A DNA stretch of 64,000 nucleotides from contig JAVCDJ010000203.1 in assembly GCA_030765845.1 (NCBI GenBank), positions 12,942-76,941 on the forward strand, written 5' to 3'. The stretch is from Candidatus Stygibacter australis (GTDB lineage Bacteria; Cloacimonadota; Cloacimonadia; Cloacimonadales; TCS61). The position numbers were made by a program, and so were the translations under genes. Under the pieces are notes generated by a model that saw nothing but the letters and a program-made list of their open reading frames with translations, had not been told where the DNA came from and made no database searches. Numbering within the stretch: the stretch's first letter is position 1; every line of letters begins with the position of its first letter. This document shows, one piece after another, positions 44,205 through 53,875 of this stretch.

Positions 44205-46625
44205 ATGTTCTGGAATTATCTCAAAATAGCAGTACGCAATTTAATGCGTAAGAAATTTTATACCATAATCAACATTGCCGGGCTGGCAATAGGGATTTGC
44301 TGTGCTATCATGATCGGGCTTTATGTACAGAATGAGCTTTCTTATGATAAGTATAACGAAGATTATGAGCGCATTTACCGGTTGGAATCACATTTCACGA
44401 TCAATGAAACGGATGATCTTTTTGCGGTAACAGCAATACCTTTGGCTCCGGCAATCAAGCTCGAATTTCCCGAAGATGTTGAGCAATATTGCCGTTACCG
44501 TGCTATGGACAACAATCTTTTTCAGATTGATAACAAGAAGTATTTTGAAGACAATGTTCACTATGCTGATTCTACGGTATTTGAGATATTTTCCTATGAA
44601 TTTTTACGCGGTGAACCATCAGAAGCGCTTGATGACCCCAATGAAATCGTGCTTACTGAAAGCTTTGCCAGACGCATTTTTGGTACACAAGATCCATTAG
44701 GCGAATATCTGGAGACAGGATACGGTTTTGGATTTACCGTTACGGGTGTGATCAAGGATCTGCCGCAAAACAGTCATTTGAACTTTGAGGCTCTTGCTTC
44801 CATGGTAACACTGGCTCAATTTTATGGAGCAGAAACATTTCACAGTCTGGATCCCAATCTTTTCTGGAATGTGGGATTTTACTCATTTATAAAACTAACA
44901 GAGGGCGGATCAATTGACAACATCATGCGAGGTTATCCTGCCTTTAATGAAAAATACATCAAAGCGTTAGGAGAAACCCTCAATGCCAAATTCCAGTTAA
45001 TGGCGCAGCGACTGGATAAAGTGCATTTGAATTCCAAACTGAAATATGAGCTACCTACCGGTAATATGGGGTATGTTTTTATCTTTGGCATTGTAGCACT
45101 TTTTCTATTATTGATAGGCTGCATAAACTACATGAATATGGCGACAGCGCAATCATCAGGACGTGCAACAGAAGTGGGAATCCGCAAAGTAGCAGGAGCG
45201 CAGAGAGGTTCATTGCAAATGCAATTCCTGCTGGAATCAGTAGTGATCAGCATATTTGCTTATGTGTTGGCAGTATTAGCAGTGGAATTGCTCTTGCCGA
45301 CATTTAATGAGCTTGCCGGAAGAGAACTCAGCTTAAACATTGGTGAAAACCTTAATTATTATGGGTTATTTCTGTTGGTGAGCGTAGTGGTGGGATTAGT
45401 ATCGGGTAGTTATCCAGCATTTTACCTATCATCGTTTGTACCCGTGGAAGTACTTAAAGGAAAATTGAGCAAGGGAAGTACAACCTTACGTAAGCTTTTG
45501 GTAGTAGTGCAATTTTCCATATCTATCATCATGATAATCTGTACTCTGGGAGTGGTAAGTCAGCTTAAATTCATGCAGAATACTGATCTGGGATTTGATA
45601 AAGATAATATAGTGGTTTTGACAATTAGAGATACAACGGGAGCCAGAAATCTGGCAACCTTTAGAGATGAGCTTTTGCAGCATCCGAAGATATTGAAAGC
45701 CGGCACATCATCAAGCATACCAGGTAGTGGATATGGTATCATTGTGCAGCGTTTTGAAACAGATGAAGGTGAGATGAGTGAGAAAGCCATCAACTTTGTG
45801 ATGGTTGATGAGAATTATCTGGATGTGATGGATATAAAGATACTATTGGGTAGAGAATTTGATCCTGAACTGGCAACCGATCTGGAAGAAGCCTGCCTGA
45901 TAAATCAAAGCTGTGCAGAAAATCTGGGCTGGGGTGAAAATGCCATTGGCAAGAAACTTGATTTCGGAGCCGCACCAGACGGAACAGCAACCAGAAATAC
46001 ACGCGTGATTGGAGTAGTGAAAGATTTTCATTACACATCTCTGCACAATCTGATTGATCCACTCATATTAATGCTTTCTGATGAGCCATTACAGACAATA
46101 ACGTTACGGATAGATCAAAGTGATCTGGAATCTACCCTGAGTTTTATGGAAGAGAAATGGAACGAATTTTGCCCGACATTTCCTTTCAGCTACGAATTTA
46201 TGGATGACAACCTGAGAGCACAATATGAAGCAGAAGAAAAGACCAGCCGTGTATTTAGTTATTTCACCATTATCTGCATTTTCATTGCCTGTCTGGGACT
46301 TCTGGGCTTAACAGCTTATGCCACGGAGCAAAGGATCAGAGAGATCAGCATCCGTAAAGTACTGGGTGCCACAGAGAAATCAATCGTATATCTGCTAACC
46401 AGCAATTTTGCCATCCTGGTGATAATTTCCAATGTAATAGCCTGGCCTGTTGCCTGGTGGGGAATGAAAAATTGGTTGGAGAATTTTGCCTATAGTACAA
46501 AACTTTCACCACTTATATATGTCGCAGCAGGATTGATAGCATTAATAATTGCCATATTGACAATAAGCATCAGAGCAATACATGCCGCAAGGACAAATCC
46601 GGCAGATGCTTTGAAATACGAATAG
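44205..46625 (+). CDS. Double-FtsX (MacB-like) ABC permease, paralogue 1
   Basis: 806 aa. N-terminus 'NYLKIAVRNLMRKKFYTIINIAGLAIG'. Two periplasmic domains are each followed by an FtsX 3-TM module ('EVGIRKVAGA', 'EISIRKVLGA'). C-terminus 'NPADALKYE'. Confidence 0.9.
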   Translation: MFWNYLKIAVRNLMRKKFYTIINIAGLAIGICCAIMIGLYVQNELSYDKYNEDYERIYRLESHFTINETDDLFAVTAIPLAPAIKLEFPEDVEQYCRYRAMDNNLFQIDNKKYFEDNVHYADSTVFEIFSYEFLRGEPSEALDDPNEIVLTESFARRIFGTQDPLGEYLETGYGFGFTVTGVIKDLPQNSHLNFEALASMVTLAQFYGAETFHSLDPNLFWNVGFYSFIKLTEGGSIDNIMRGYPAFNEKYIKALGETLNAKFQLMAQRLDKVHLNSKLKYELPTGNMGYVFIFGIVALFLLLIGCINYMNMATAQSSGRATEVGIRKVAGAQRGSLQMQFLLESVVISIFAYVLAVLAVELLLPTFNELAGRELSLNIGENLNYYGLFLLVSVVVGLVSGSYPAFYLSSFVPVEVLKGKLSKGSTTLRKLLVVVQFSISIIMIICTLGVVSQLKFMQNTDLGFDKDNIVVLTIRDTTGARNLATFRDELLQHPKILKAGTSSSIPGSGYGIIVQRFETDEGEMSEKAINFVMVDENYLDVMDIKILLGREFDPELATDLEEACLINQSCAENLGWGENAIGKKLDFGAAPDGTATRNTRVIGVVKDFHYTSLHNLIDPLILMLSDEPLQTITLRIDQSDLESTLSFMEEKWNEFCPTFPFSYEFMDDNLRAQYEAEEKTSRVFSYFTIICIFIACLGLLGLTAYATEQRIREISIRKVLGATEKSIVYLLTSNFAILVIISNVIAWPVAWWGMKNWLENFAYSTKLSPLIYVAAGLIALIIAILTISIRAIHAARTNPADALKYE

Positions 46626-46637
46626 GAATATAAAATC

Positions 46638-49070
46638 ATGATACTGAATTATCTAAAAATTGCTTACCGGAATATACTCCGTCAGAAGTTTTATTCACTG
46701 CTGAATATAGCGGGACTGGCTATCAGCATCACCTGTTGTATTTTGATCAGTCTTTATATTCAGGAAGAAGTATCATACGATAAATTTCAGCCAGGTGGAG
46801 AACGTATTTATCGTTTGGTTAACCGGAATAATATGGGGGGGAAGATCGATACTTACTGCAATGCCCCACGACCTATAACCCCTCAAATGAAAGAAATATA
46901 TCCAGAAATAGAAGCAGTAACACGGGTGAGGGGAGCAAATGGATTATACACTCATTCAGCAAATATCTCCTATGAGCAGAATCTGATAGCTTCAGAAAAG
47001 GTATATATTGTGGACTCGACTTTTTTTGATGTTTTTGCCACGGAATTTATTGCTGGTAACCCAAAGGATGGTTTAACCGGAGAAGTTGGAATACTCATCT
47101 CTGAGAGCCTGGCAAAGAAATTGTTTGGATCAGAAGAAGCATTGGGTAAAACCATGCTCTTAGATGAACAATTTCCGATAACTGTTAAAGCAGTATTCAA
47201 AGATCAGCCGGGACGGAGTCATTTTGAATATGAAGCTCTTTTACCCTGGAGGTTAGCTTATAGACAGGGAGAGGAAATTGCCTGGTATGGCTGGCAGGTA
47301 TATCATTATCTAAAATTGTATGAAGGTGCTGATGCAAAAGAGCTTCAGGCAAAATTCCCTCAATTTTTCACTGATTATATGAAAGAGAAATATGATACTC
47401 TGGATGGTACGTCAGAGCTGTCTCTGCAGCCTCTTAAAGATATTCATCTGAAATCAAATCTTATCTGGGAAATGGTTCCTAATGGCAATCTTAATAATTT
47501 ATATATTATGGCATCCATAGGATTATTCTTATTGATAATTGCCTGTATTAATTATGTGAATCTGGCAACAGCCAGATCAGTAAGGCGAGCCAGAGAAGTG
47601 GGGCTCAGGAAATTATTCGGTTCTCCACGAGGACTATTGATCCGCCAGTTTTTAGTGGAATCTATCATTTTATCATTGATTGCTTCTCTGGTTGCACTGG
47701 TCATTGCAGAATTATTATTACCAGTATTTAATAGTATTGCTGTACGGGACATCAGTTTAAATTTATTAAATAATCATGTTCTGATCCTGGGGATTATTGG
47801 ATTAGGAATATTTGTGGGACTTCTGGCAGGAATATATCCGGCATTAGTGTTGTCAAATTTTAGCATTGTGGAAGCAATAAAATCAAGATCAGAAAATGGC
47901 ACAGGTGGTATGGTGCTGCGTAAGATATTAATAGTTATGCAGTTTGCAATTTCAATCACCCTTATCATTTCCACTCTTATTTTGGTTGAGCAGATGAAAT
48001 TTGCCCGGGATATTGATATGGGGTTCAATAAGGAAAATGTGCTGGCAGTTACCGTGCGCGATACACTGGTAGCCAGGAATCTCCAAGTGATCAAACAGGA
48101 ACTCAGAGATAATCCTGAGATAATCTCAGCAGCTTGTTCATTAAATATGCCAGGCACTACTTTTAACCGTTTTCCAGCAACTATTGAAAATAATGAGGGA
48201 GGTTTTAGTCAGACGAGTTGCCAATTCATGCAGATAGATTATGATTTTATTCCCACGATGGATATGACTATAGTTGAAGGCAGAAACTATCAGCGTGATC
48301 AGGAAGAGAATCGTTTTTCAGTGATATTAGTAAATGAAGCTTTAGTGAGAAAATTTGGCTGGGATAACCCAATCGGAAAGCGTGTATTTCTTTATACAGA
48401 TAGCTTAGGCACTGCATTTTATCAGGAAGTGATTGGAGTAGTAAAAGATTTTCATCCCAATTCCGTGCGGCAGGAGATCAGTCCTATGATAATATATCTG
48501 ATCAATGATAATCTGGAAGCACGCAGCGGAGGAAATCTGAATCTGTTTATCCGTTTAAAAGGTGAGAATCTGCATCAGACAATGACTGATATCAAAGATA
48601 TCATTCAGCAATATAATCCTGATGATCCATTTCAGTATGTATTTCTGGATGAACATCTGAGCCGGATGTATGAAGGGGAAGAAAGATTGATCCAGCTTTT
48701 CAGTTATTTTACTATGATGATCATCTTTATAGCCTGTCTGGGATTATTTGGACTGGCATCATTCACGGCAGAAAAGCGAAGAAGAGAAATCGGTATTCGC
48801 AAAGTGCTGGGTGCCACTATCCGTCAGATAGTGCTTTTATTATCAACAGAATTTTCACGCTGGGTGCTATTGGCAAACGTAATCGCCTGGCCCCTTGCCT
48901 GGTATTTCATGAATAAATGGTTAGAGAATTTTGCCTACCACATCCAGATAACTCTTCTTAATTTCATCATCGCCGGTCTGGCAGCCTTAGTGATAGCATT
49001 ATTTACGGTAAGTTTTCAGGCATTAAGGGCAGCAATGAGCAATCCGATAAAATCAATCAGGTATGAGTAA
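46638..49070 (+). CDS. Double-FtsX (MacB-like) ABC permease, paralogue 2
   Basis: 810 aa with the same architecture. 'NYLKIAYRNILRQKFYSLLNIAGLAIS', 'EIGIRKVLGA', C-terminus 'NPIKSIRYE'. Confidence 0.9.
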   Translation: MILNYLKIAYRNILRQKFYSLLNIAGLAISITCCILISLYIQEEVSYDKFQPGGERIYRLVNRNNMGGKIDTYCNAPRPITPQMKEIYPEIEAVTRVRGANGLYTHSANISYEQNLIASEKVYIVDSTFFDVFATEFIAGNPKDGLTGEVGILISESLAKKLFGSEEALGKTMLLDEQFPITVKAVFKDQPGRSHFEYEALLPWRLAYRQGEEIAWYGWQVYHYLKLYEGADAKELQAKFPQFFTDYMKEKYDTLDGTSELSLQPLKDIHLKSNLIWEMVPNGNLNNLYIMASIGLFLLIIACINYVNLATARSVRRAREVGLRKLFGSPRGLLIRQFLVESIILSLIASLVALVIAELLLPVFNSIAVRDISLNLLNNHVLILGIIGLGIFVGLLAGIYPALVLSNFSIVEAIKSRSENGTGGMVLRKILIVMQFAISITLIISTLILVEQMKFARDIDMGFNKENVLAVTVRDTLVARNLQVIKQELRDNPEIISAACSLNMPGTTFNRFPATIENNEGGFSQTSCQFMQIDYDFIPTMDMTIVEGRNYQRDQEENRFSVILVNEALVRKFGWDNPIGKRVFLYTDSLGTAFYQEVIGVVKDFHPNSVRQEISPMIIYLINDNLEARSGGNLNLFIRLKGENLHQTMTDIKDIIQQYNPDDPFQYVFLDEHLSRMYEGEERLIQLFSYFTMMIIFIACLGLFGLASFTAEKRRREIGIRKVLGATIRQIVLLLSTEFSRWVLLANVIAWPLAWYFMNKWLENFAYHIQITLLNFIIAGLAALVIALFTVSFQALRAAMSNPIKSIRYE

Positions 49071-49084
49071 ATGAGGGAAATATT

Positions 49085-51457
49085 ATGATATTCAGTATAA
49101 TCAAGACAGCGATCAGGCATTTATATAAGAGAAAAGCGTTTTCTTTGATCAATATACTGGGACTGGCTATAGGAATGAGCTGCTGTATATTCATATTGCT
49201 CTGGGTGAGTGATGAGCTTAGTTATGACAGATTTCATCCTAATTTTGAGAATATCTATCGCGTGGCAGAAAATCAGAAACAGGGAGATGACCCCTTTCCT
49301 GTAGGTGTCACTCCTGCTCCCTTAGGTCCTGCAATGGTAGAAAGTTTTCCTGAGATAATTAACAGTGTGCGTATTCAATATGGCGTAAGCGGATTAATAA
49401 AATACGATGATAAATTGTTTCGTGAATCAGATATTATTCTTACCGATCCGTCATTTTTTGAGGTATTTAATTTTCCACTGTTGAAAGGTGATAAAAGTCA
49501 GGTGCTGGCAGAGAATAGCTCATTTGTGATCACTGAATCCATTGCCAAAAAGTATTTTGGAGACGAAGACCCCATTGGTAAAGTGTTAAATTTTAATAAT
49601 GCTATCGATCAAACAGTAACTGGTGTGATGGCAGATCCCCCTGCAAACACCCATCTTCAATTCGATATAATAGCTCCATTTAAAATTCTGGAACAGTTTG
49701 GTGCTGATCTTGAAACCAGTTGGGGCAGTAATTCATATATTACTTATGTGGAACTGGCAGATAAGGTGCCATATAAGGAATTGAACGCAAAAATTGAGGA
49801 TTTTCTATCTGAACATGATCCTGGATATTATGTGGAATTGCATTTGCAGCCACTTAAAGACATGCACTTGAAATCTAATTATACTGCAGACTGGAGTGGG
49901 CATGGCAGTGAGTTGTACGTTAAGATGTTTTCATTAATTGCTGTATTTATCCTGGTGATCGCCTGCATTAATTTCATGAATTTATCTACTGCCCAGTCAC
50001 CATTAAGAGCACGCGAGATTGGCATTAGAAAAGTTGCAGGTGCAAATCGCAGTTTGCTTATCTGGCAGTTTTTGGGTGAATCTTTGCTGATAGCGTTCCT
50101 GGCACTGTGTATTGGTATTGTCATAGTAGAAATTCTCCTGCCTTATTACAATACTTTTACCGGCAAGGAGATGAGCCTTGATCTTACGGGTAACTGGAGA
50201 TTATTAACTGGTATTATATTAATTGCTTTGATCACAGGATTTGTAGCTGGCAGTTATCCAGCTCTGGTATTATCAGGATTTAAGCCCGTACAGGTATTAA
50301 AAGGCAAAGTAAGCAGCAGTAAAGGTGGAGCGATATTTAGAAAGGTGTTAGTGATCTTTCAGTTCACACTTTCCATAGCTTTGATCTCAAGCACTATGAT
50401 AATATTTAAGCAGATAAATCTCATACGCAATATTGATCTGGGCTATAATAAAGATCAGATCATTAAAATAAATCAGAATACAAGTTTGAGACCCCAGTTT
50501 GAGGCATTTAAAGCAGAATTATTAAGTAACCCCAGGATAAAATCACTTACTACCTCCAGCGGACGACCTACAGATATTTATAACTCCGGGTATGGATTAA
50601 GTTGGGAAGGGATGCCGGATTCCGAAGATAGAAGACATCTAGTGCATACTCTTAATGTGGGTCCGGGTTTTTTTGAGACATTTGATATCAAGATCAAAGA
50701 AGGCAGAGCTTTTTCTAGTGAAATTACATCTGATACTTTGAATTATATCTGTAATAGTGAAGTGCTTAAGATAATCGGAAAAGATAATCCTCTGGGAATC
50801 GGGATATCATATTATCGTGAGGAAGAAGGGGAATTAATCGGAATAGTAGAAGATTTTCATTTTAAATCTTTGCACAGTAAAATAGAACCTTTAATAATCT
50901 CATTTGCAGATAAAAATGTACATGATCAGATATTCATCAGGATGCAGACAGGTGATATGGAAGCAACTTTATCTGATATAAAAACATTATGGGAAAAATA
51001 CAGTGATGATTATCCTTTTGAATACAGGTTCCTGGATGAATATTATGATCGATTATACAAGGCCGAATTCCGGATGAGCAAATTGTTCAACCTGTTTGCT
51101 GTCCTGGCAATTCTGATTTCCTGTCTGGGTCTCTTTGGGCTGGTTTCTTATACAACAACCTGCCGGATCAGGGAGATAGGTATCAGAAAAGTAATGGGAG
51201 CAAGCGTCGCGAACATTCTGGTGCTGCTATCAAGCAGATTCCTGATATTAGTTATATTCTCAAACCTTCTGGCAGGAGCACTTTCCTGGTATTATATGAC
51301 GAAATGGTTAGATAATTTTGCTTATAGAATAGATGCCGGGATATTGAATTTTATCTATGCTGGTCTAATTGCTCTGGGGGTTGCCTTGATCACTTTGAGC
51401 TGGCATACGCTTAAAGCAGCAAACGCTAATCCCATAAGATCATTAAGGTACGAGTAG
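49085..51457 (+). CDS. Double-FtsX (MacB-like) ABC permease, paralogue 3
   Basis: 790 aa. 'AIRHLYKRKAFSLINILGLAIG', 'EIGIRKVMGA', C-terminus 'NPIRSLRYE'. Confidence 0.9.
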   Translation: MIFSIIKTAIRHLYKRKAFSLINILGLAIGMSCCIFILLWVSDELSYDRFHPNFENIYRVAENQKQGDDPFPVGVTPAPLGPAMVESFPEIINSVRIQYGVSGLIKYDDKLFRESDIILTDPSFFEVFNFPLLKGDKSQVLAENSSFVITESIAKKYFGDEDPIGKVLNFNNAIDQTVTGVMADPPANTHLQFDIIAPFKILEQFGADLETSWGSNSYITYVELADKVPYKELNAKIEDFLSEHDPGYYVELHLQPLKDMHLKSNYTADWSGHGSELYVKMFSLIAVFILVIACINFMNLSTAQSPLRAREIGIRKVAGANRSLLIWQFLGESLLIAFLALCIGIVIVEILLPYYNTFTGKEMSLDLTGNWRLLTGIILIALITGFVAGSYPALVLSGFKPVQVLKGKVSSSKGGAIFRKVLVIFQFTLSIALISSTMIIFKQINLIRNIDLGYNKDQIIKINQNTSLRPQFEAFKAELLSNPRIKSLTTSSGRPTDIYNSGYGLSWEGMPDSEDRRHLVHTLNVGPGFFETFDIKIKEGRAFSSEITSDTLNYICNSEVLKIIGKDNPLGIGISYYREEEGELIGIVEDFHFKSLHSKIEPLIISFADKNVHDQIFIRMQTGDMEATLSDIKTLWEKYSDDYPFEYRFLDEYYDRLYKAEFRMSKLFNLFAVLAILISCLGLFGLVSYTTTCRIREIGIRKVMGASVANILVLLSSRFLILVIFSNLLAGALSWYYMTKWLDNFAYRIDAGILNFIYAGLIALGVALITLSWHTLKAANANPIRSLRYE

Positions 51458-51463
51458 GCAGCC

Positions 51464-53866
51464 ATGTTCAGGAATTATCTGTTAACTGCGCTCCGAAATA
51501 TCAGAAGAAATAAGCTTCTGACGGTGATCAATGTTACAGGTCTCACTCTTTGTTTTGTTTGTGTATTTTTAATCGCCGTTTATTGCCTGAATGAATGCTG
51601 TTACGATAAATATAACAAAAATTCACAGGATATCTACAGGGTGATCAGATCCTATGAATCTGCTGATGGGGTGCTCAGATACGAAGGTAATTGTCCTGAC
51701 AGAATTGGAAGGGATTTCCAGTTGTCATATCCTGATCAGGTTTCATCAGTAAGTAGATTATGGAATTACTGGGGACTGGGTTTTAATATTCAGTATAATG
51801 ACGTGCTCTATCAGGAGAAGAATCTATTTTATGCCGATAAAGGTATATTTGATATTTTTGATATTGAAGTATTAGCTGGTGATGTTTCAGGATCATTTGA
51901 TCAACCAGGTCAAGTGGCAATATCGGAAACAACAGCAAAGGTTTATTTCAATGGTGAAGATGCGGTTGGTAAATCGCTGAAAGTCAATAATGGTTATGAT
52001 CTAACCGTTTGCGCCGTAATAAGTGATCTCCCCCGACAATCGCATCTTCACTTAGATTTTATTGCTTCATTTTCTACGTTGGAAAGTCAACCCTGGAATA
52101 GATATTTAGGGTCACTCGATAGTGACTTCTGCTATGTTTACTTATTAGCAAACAGTGGTAGTCAGGAGCTGGAAATAGCTTTTGACAGTTATTGCCAAAA
52201 CCACATACCAGCAGAATATAGAGATCAGAATAAATTACTGCTTCAGCCTTTAGAAAAGATTCACCTTGATAATAAACTGGTGGATGAAATAGAAACTGGG
52301 GGAAACCGGAAGCAGTTATTTATTCTGAGATTCATCGCCATGTTTCTGCTTCTGATCACTACAATAAATTATATAAATCTAAGCCTGGCATCCAGTAGCA
52401 GAAGGCTTCATGAAATCAATCTTTATCGGGTAAATGGAGCCAGCAGAATTCAAATTATCTGGCAATTCCTGATTGAAGCTTTAATAATATGTACATTTTC
52501 ACTCCTGGCAGCAATGACGATCATTGAATCATCATTACCAGTGATCAGCAGATATGTTGGCATATATTATCAAAATTCTCAGATCTGGAGTCTGAGATCA
52601 GTTCTGCAGCTTATCAGCACGGGATATTTTATCAGTATTTTAATTAGTATCTATCCAGCTATAATAATCTCTCGGCTGAGTCAGAGTGAGTTCATAAATT
52701 TCCAAATAGTAACATCAAAAAGCCTTATCTGGAAGAAATTGCTGGTGATCACTCAGTTGATGATAACAACAATTCTGATCACCAGTTCATTGGTAATCTC
52801 CAAACAGGTCAATTTTCTGGAGAATTTTGATACCAATTATGATAAAGATAATCTTGTCATCCTGCCGGTGAATAATACGCCCATAGCAGATGAGAAATAT
52901 CAGGCATTCAAAGATGATATACTCTCTAATGGTAAAGTTGAGAGTGTTTGTGGAATGCGTACTATAGCGGGTATGAATCATATCAGTGAGGGTTTTTCAA
53001 TCACAGAAGATTTTTCTGAACAATCAAAAGTACCTTTCCTTCTGGTGAGAGATGATTTTCCGGCAACATTTGGGCTAAATATTGTTGCCGGGCGTAACTT
53101 TGTAACTGGAGATAAAGGCGATATAGATTCAGGAGTTTTAATAAATGAAGAATATGCGCAGGTCTTGGGATATGAGCCAGATGAAGCGATAGGCAGAAAC
53201 CTGTATCATCAAGGTTGGGGCAAATTGACTATCATTGGAATCGTGAAAGATTTCAATTTTGAATCTTTGCACCGCGATATCAAACCTTTGGTGATCAAGC
53301 AGATATGGGAAAGCAGGTATTCATCATTAACTGATTATATTGCCATCAGGACTACTGTGAATGAAACAACTAAGATCATCCCCTATTTAGAGGAAACCTG
53401 GGAGAAATCCGCTCCGGAAAGCGCTTTTGAGTTTATGACGTTAAGAACTGGTTTGAGTGGAAATTATGAGAATGAAAGAATTACGGGAAAGATCACGGTT
53501 ATATTTACTTATATTGCCATTATCACAGCAAGTTTTGGTCTTCTGGGTTTGATGCTGTTGATCACAGAAAATCGCAGGCGCGAGATCGGGATCAGAAAAT
53601 CGCTGGGAGCAGGTATTTATAGTCTGATAATGCTTGTTATCACAGAACAGCTCAATCTTACTCTATTAGCATTTATTTTAGCTATACCGGCTGCCTTGAT
53701 ATTTTTAAACCAATGGCTGGCAAATTTCGCCTACAGAACGTCAATATCGCTTGAATCAATTTTAACTGCAGGTTTAGTGATATTATTGATTTGTATCTTT
53801 ACGATAAGTATTCAGATATTAAAGGCAAGTCATACAAATCCTGCTGATATTTTACGAAATGAATAG
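51464..53866 (+). CDS. Double-FtsX (MacB-like) ABC permease, paralogue 4 (most divergent)
   Basis: 800 aa. 'NYLLTALRNIRRNKLLTVINVTGLTL', 'EIGIRKSLGA', C-terminus 'NPADILRNE'. Confidence 0.85.
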   Translation: MFRNYLLTALRNIRRNKLLTVINVTGLTLCFVCVFLIAVYCLNECCYDKYNKNSQDIYRVIRSYESADGVLRYEGNCPDRIGRDFQLSYPDQVSSVSRLWNYWGLGFNIQYNDVLYQEKNLFYADKGIFDIFDIEVLAGDVSGSFDQPGQVAISETTAKVYFNGEDAVGKSLKVNNGYDLTVCAVISDLPRQSHLHLDFIASFSTLESQPWNRYLGSLDSDFCYVYLLANSGSQELEIAFDSYCQNHIPAEYRDQNKLLLQPLEKIHLDNKLVDEIETGGNRKQLFILRFIAMFLLLITTINYINLSLASSSRRLHEINLYRVNGASRIQIIWQFLIEALIICTFSLLAAMTIIESSLPVISRYVGIYYQNSQIWSLRSVLQLISTGYFISILISIYPAIIISRLSQSEFINFQIVTSKSLIWKKLLVITQLMITTILITSSLVISKQVNFLENFDTNYDKDNLVILPVNNTPIADEKYQAFKDDILSNGKVESVCGMRTIAGMNHISEGFSITEDFSEQSKVPFLLVRDDFPATFGLNIVAGRNFVTGDKGDIDSGVLINEEYAQVLGYEPDEAIGRNLYHQGWGKLTIIGIVKDFNFESLHRDIKPLVIKQIWESRYSSLTDYIAIRTTVNETTKIIPYLEETWEKSAPESAFEFMTLRTGLSGNYENERITGKITVIFTYIAIITASFGLLGLMLLITENRRREIGIRKSLGAGIYSLIMLVITEQLNLTLLAFILAIPAALIFLNQWLANFAYRTSISLESILTAGLVILLICIFTISIQILKASHTNPADILRNE

Positions 53867-53875
53867 GAGTGCATT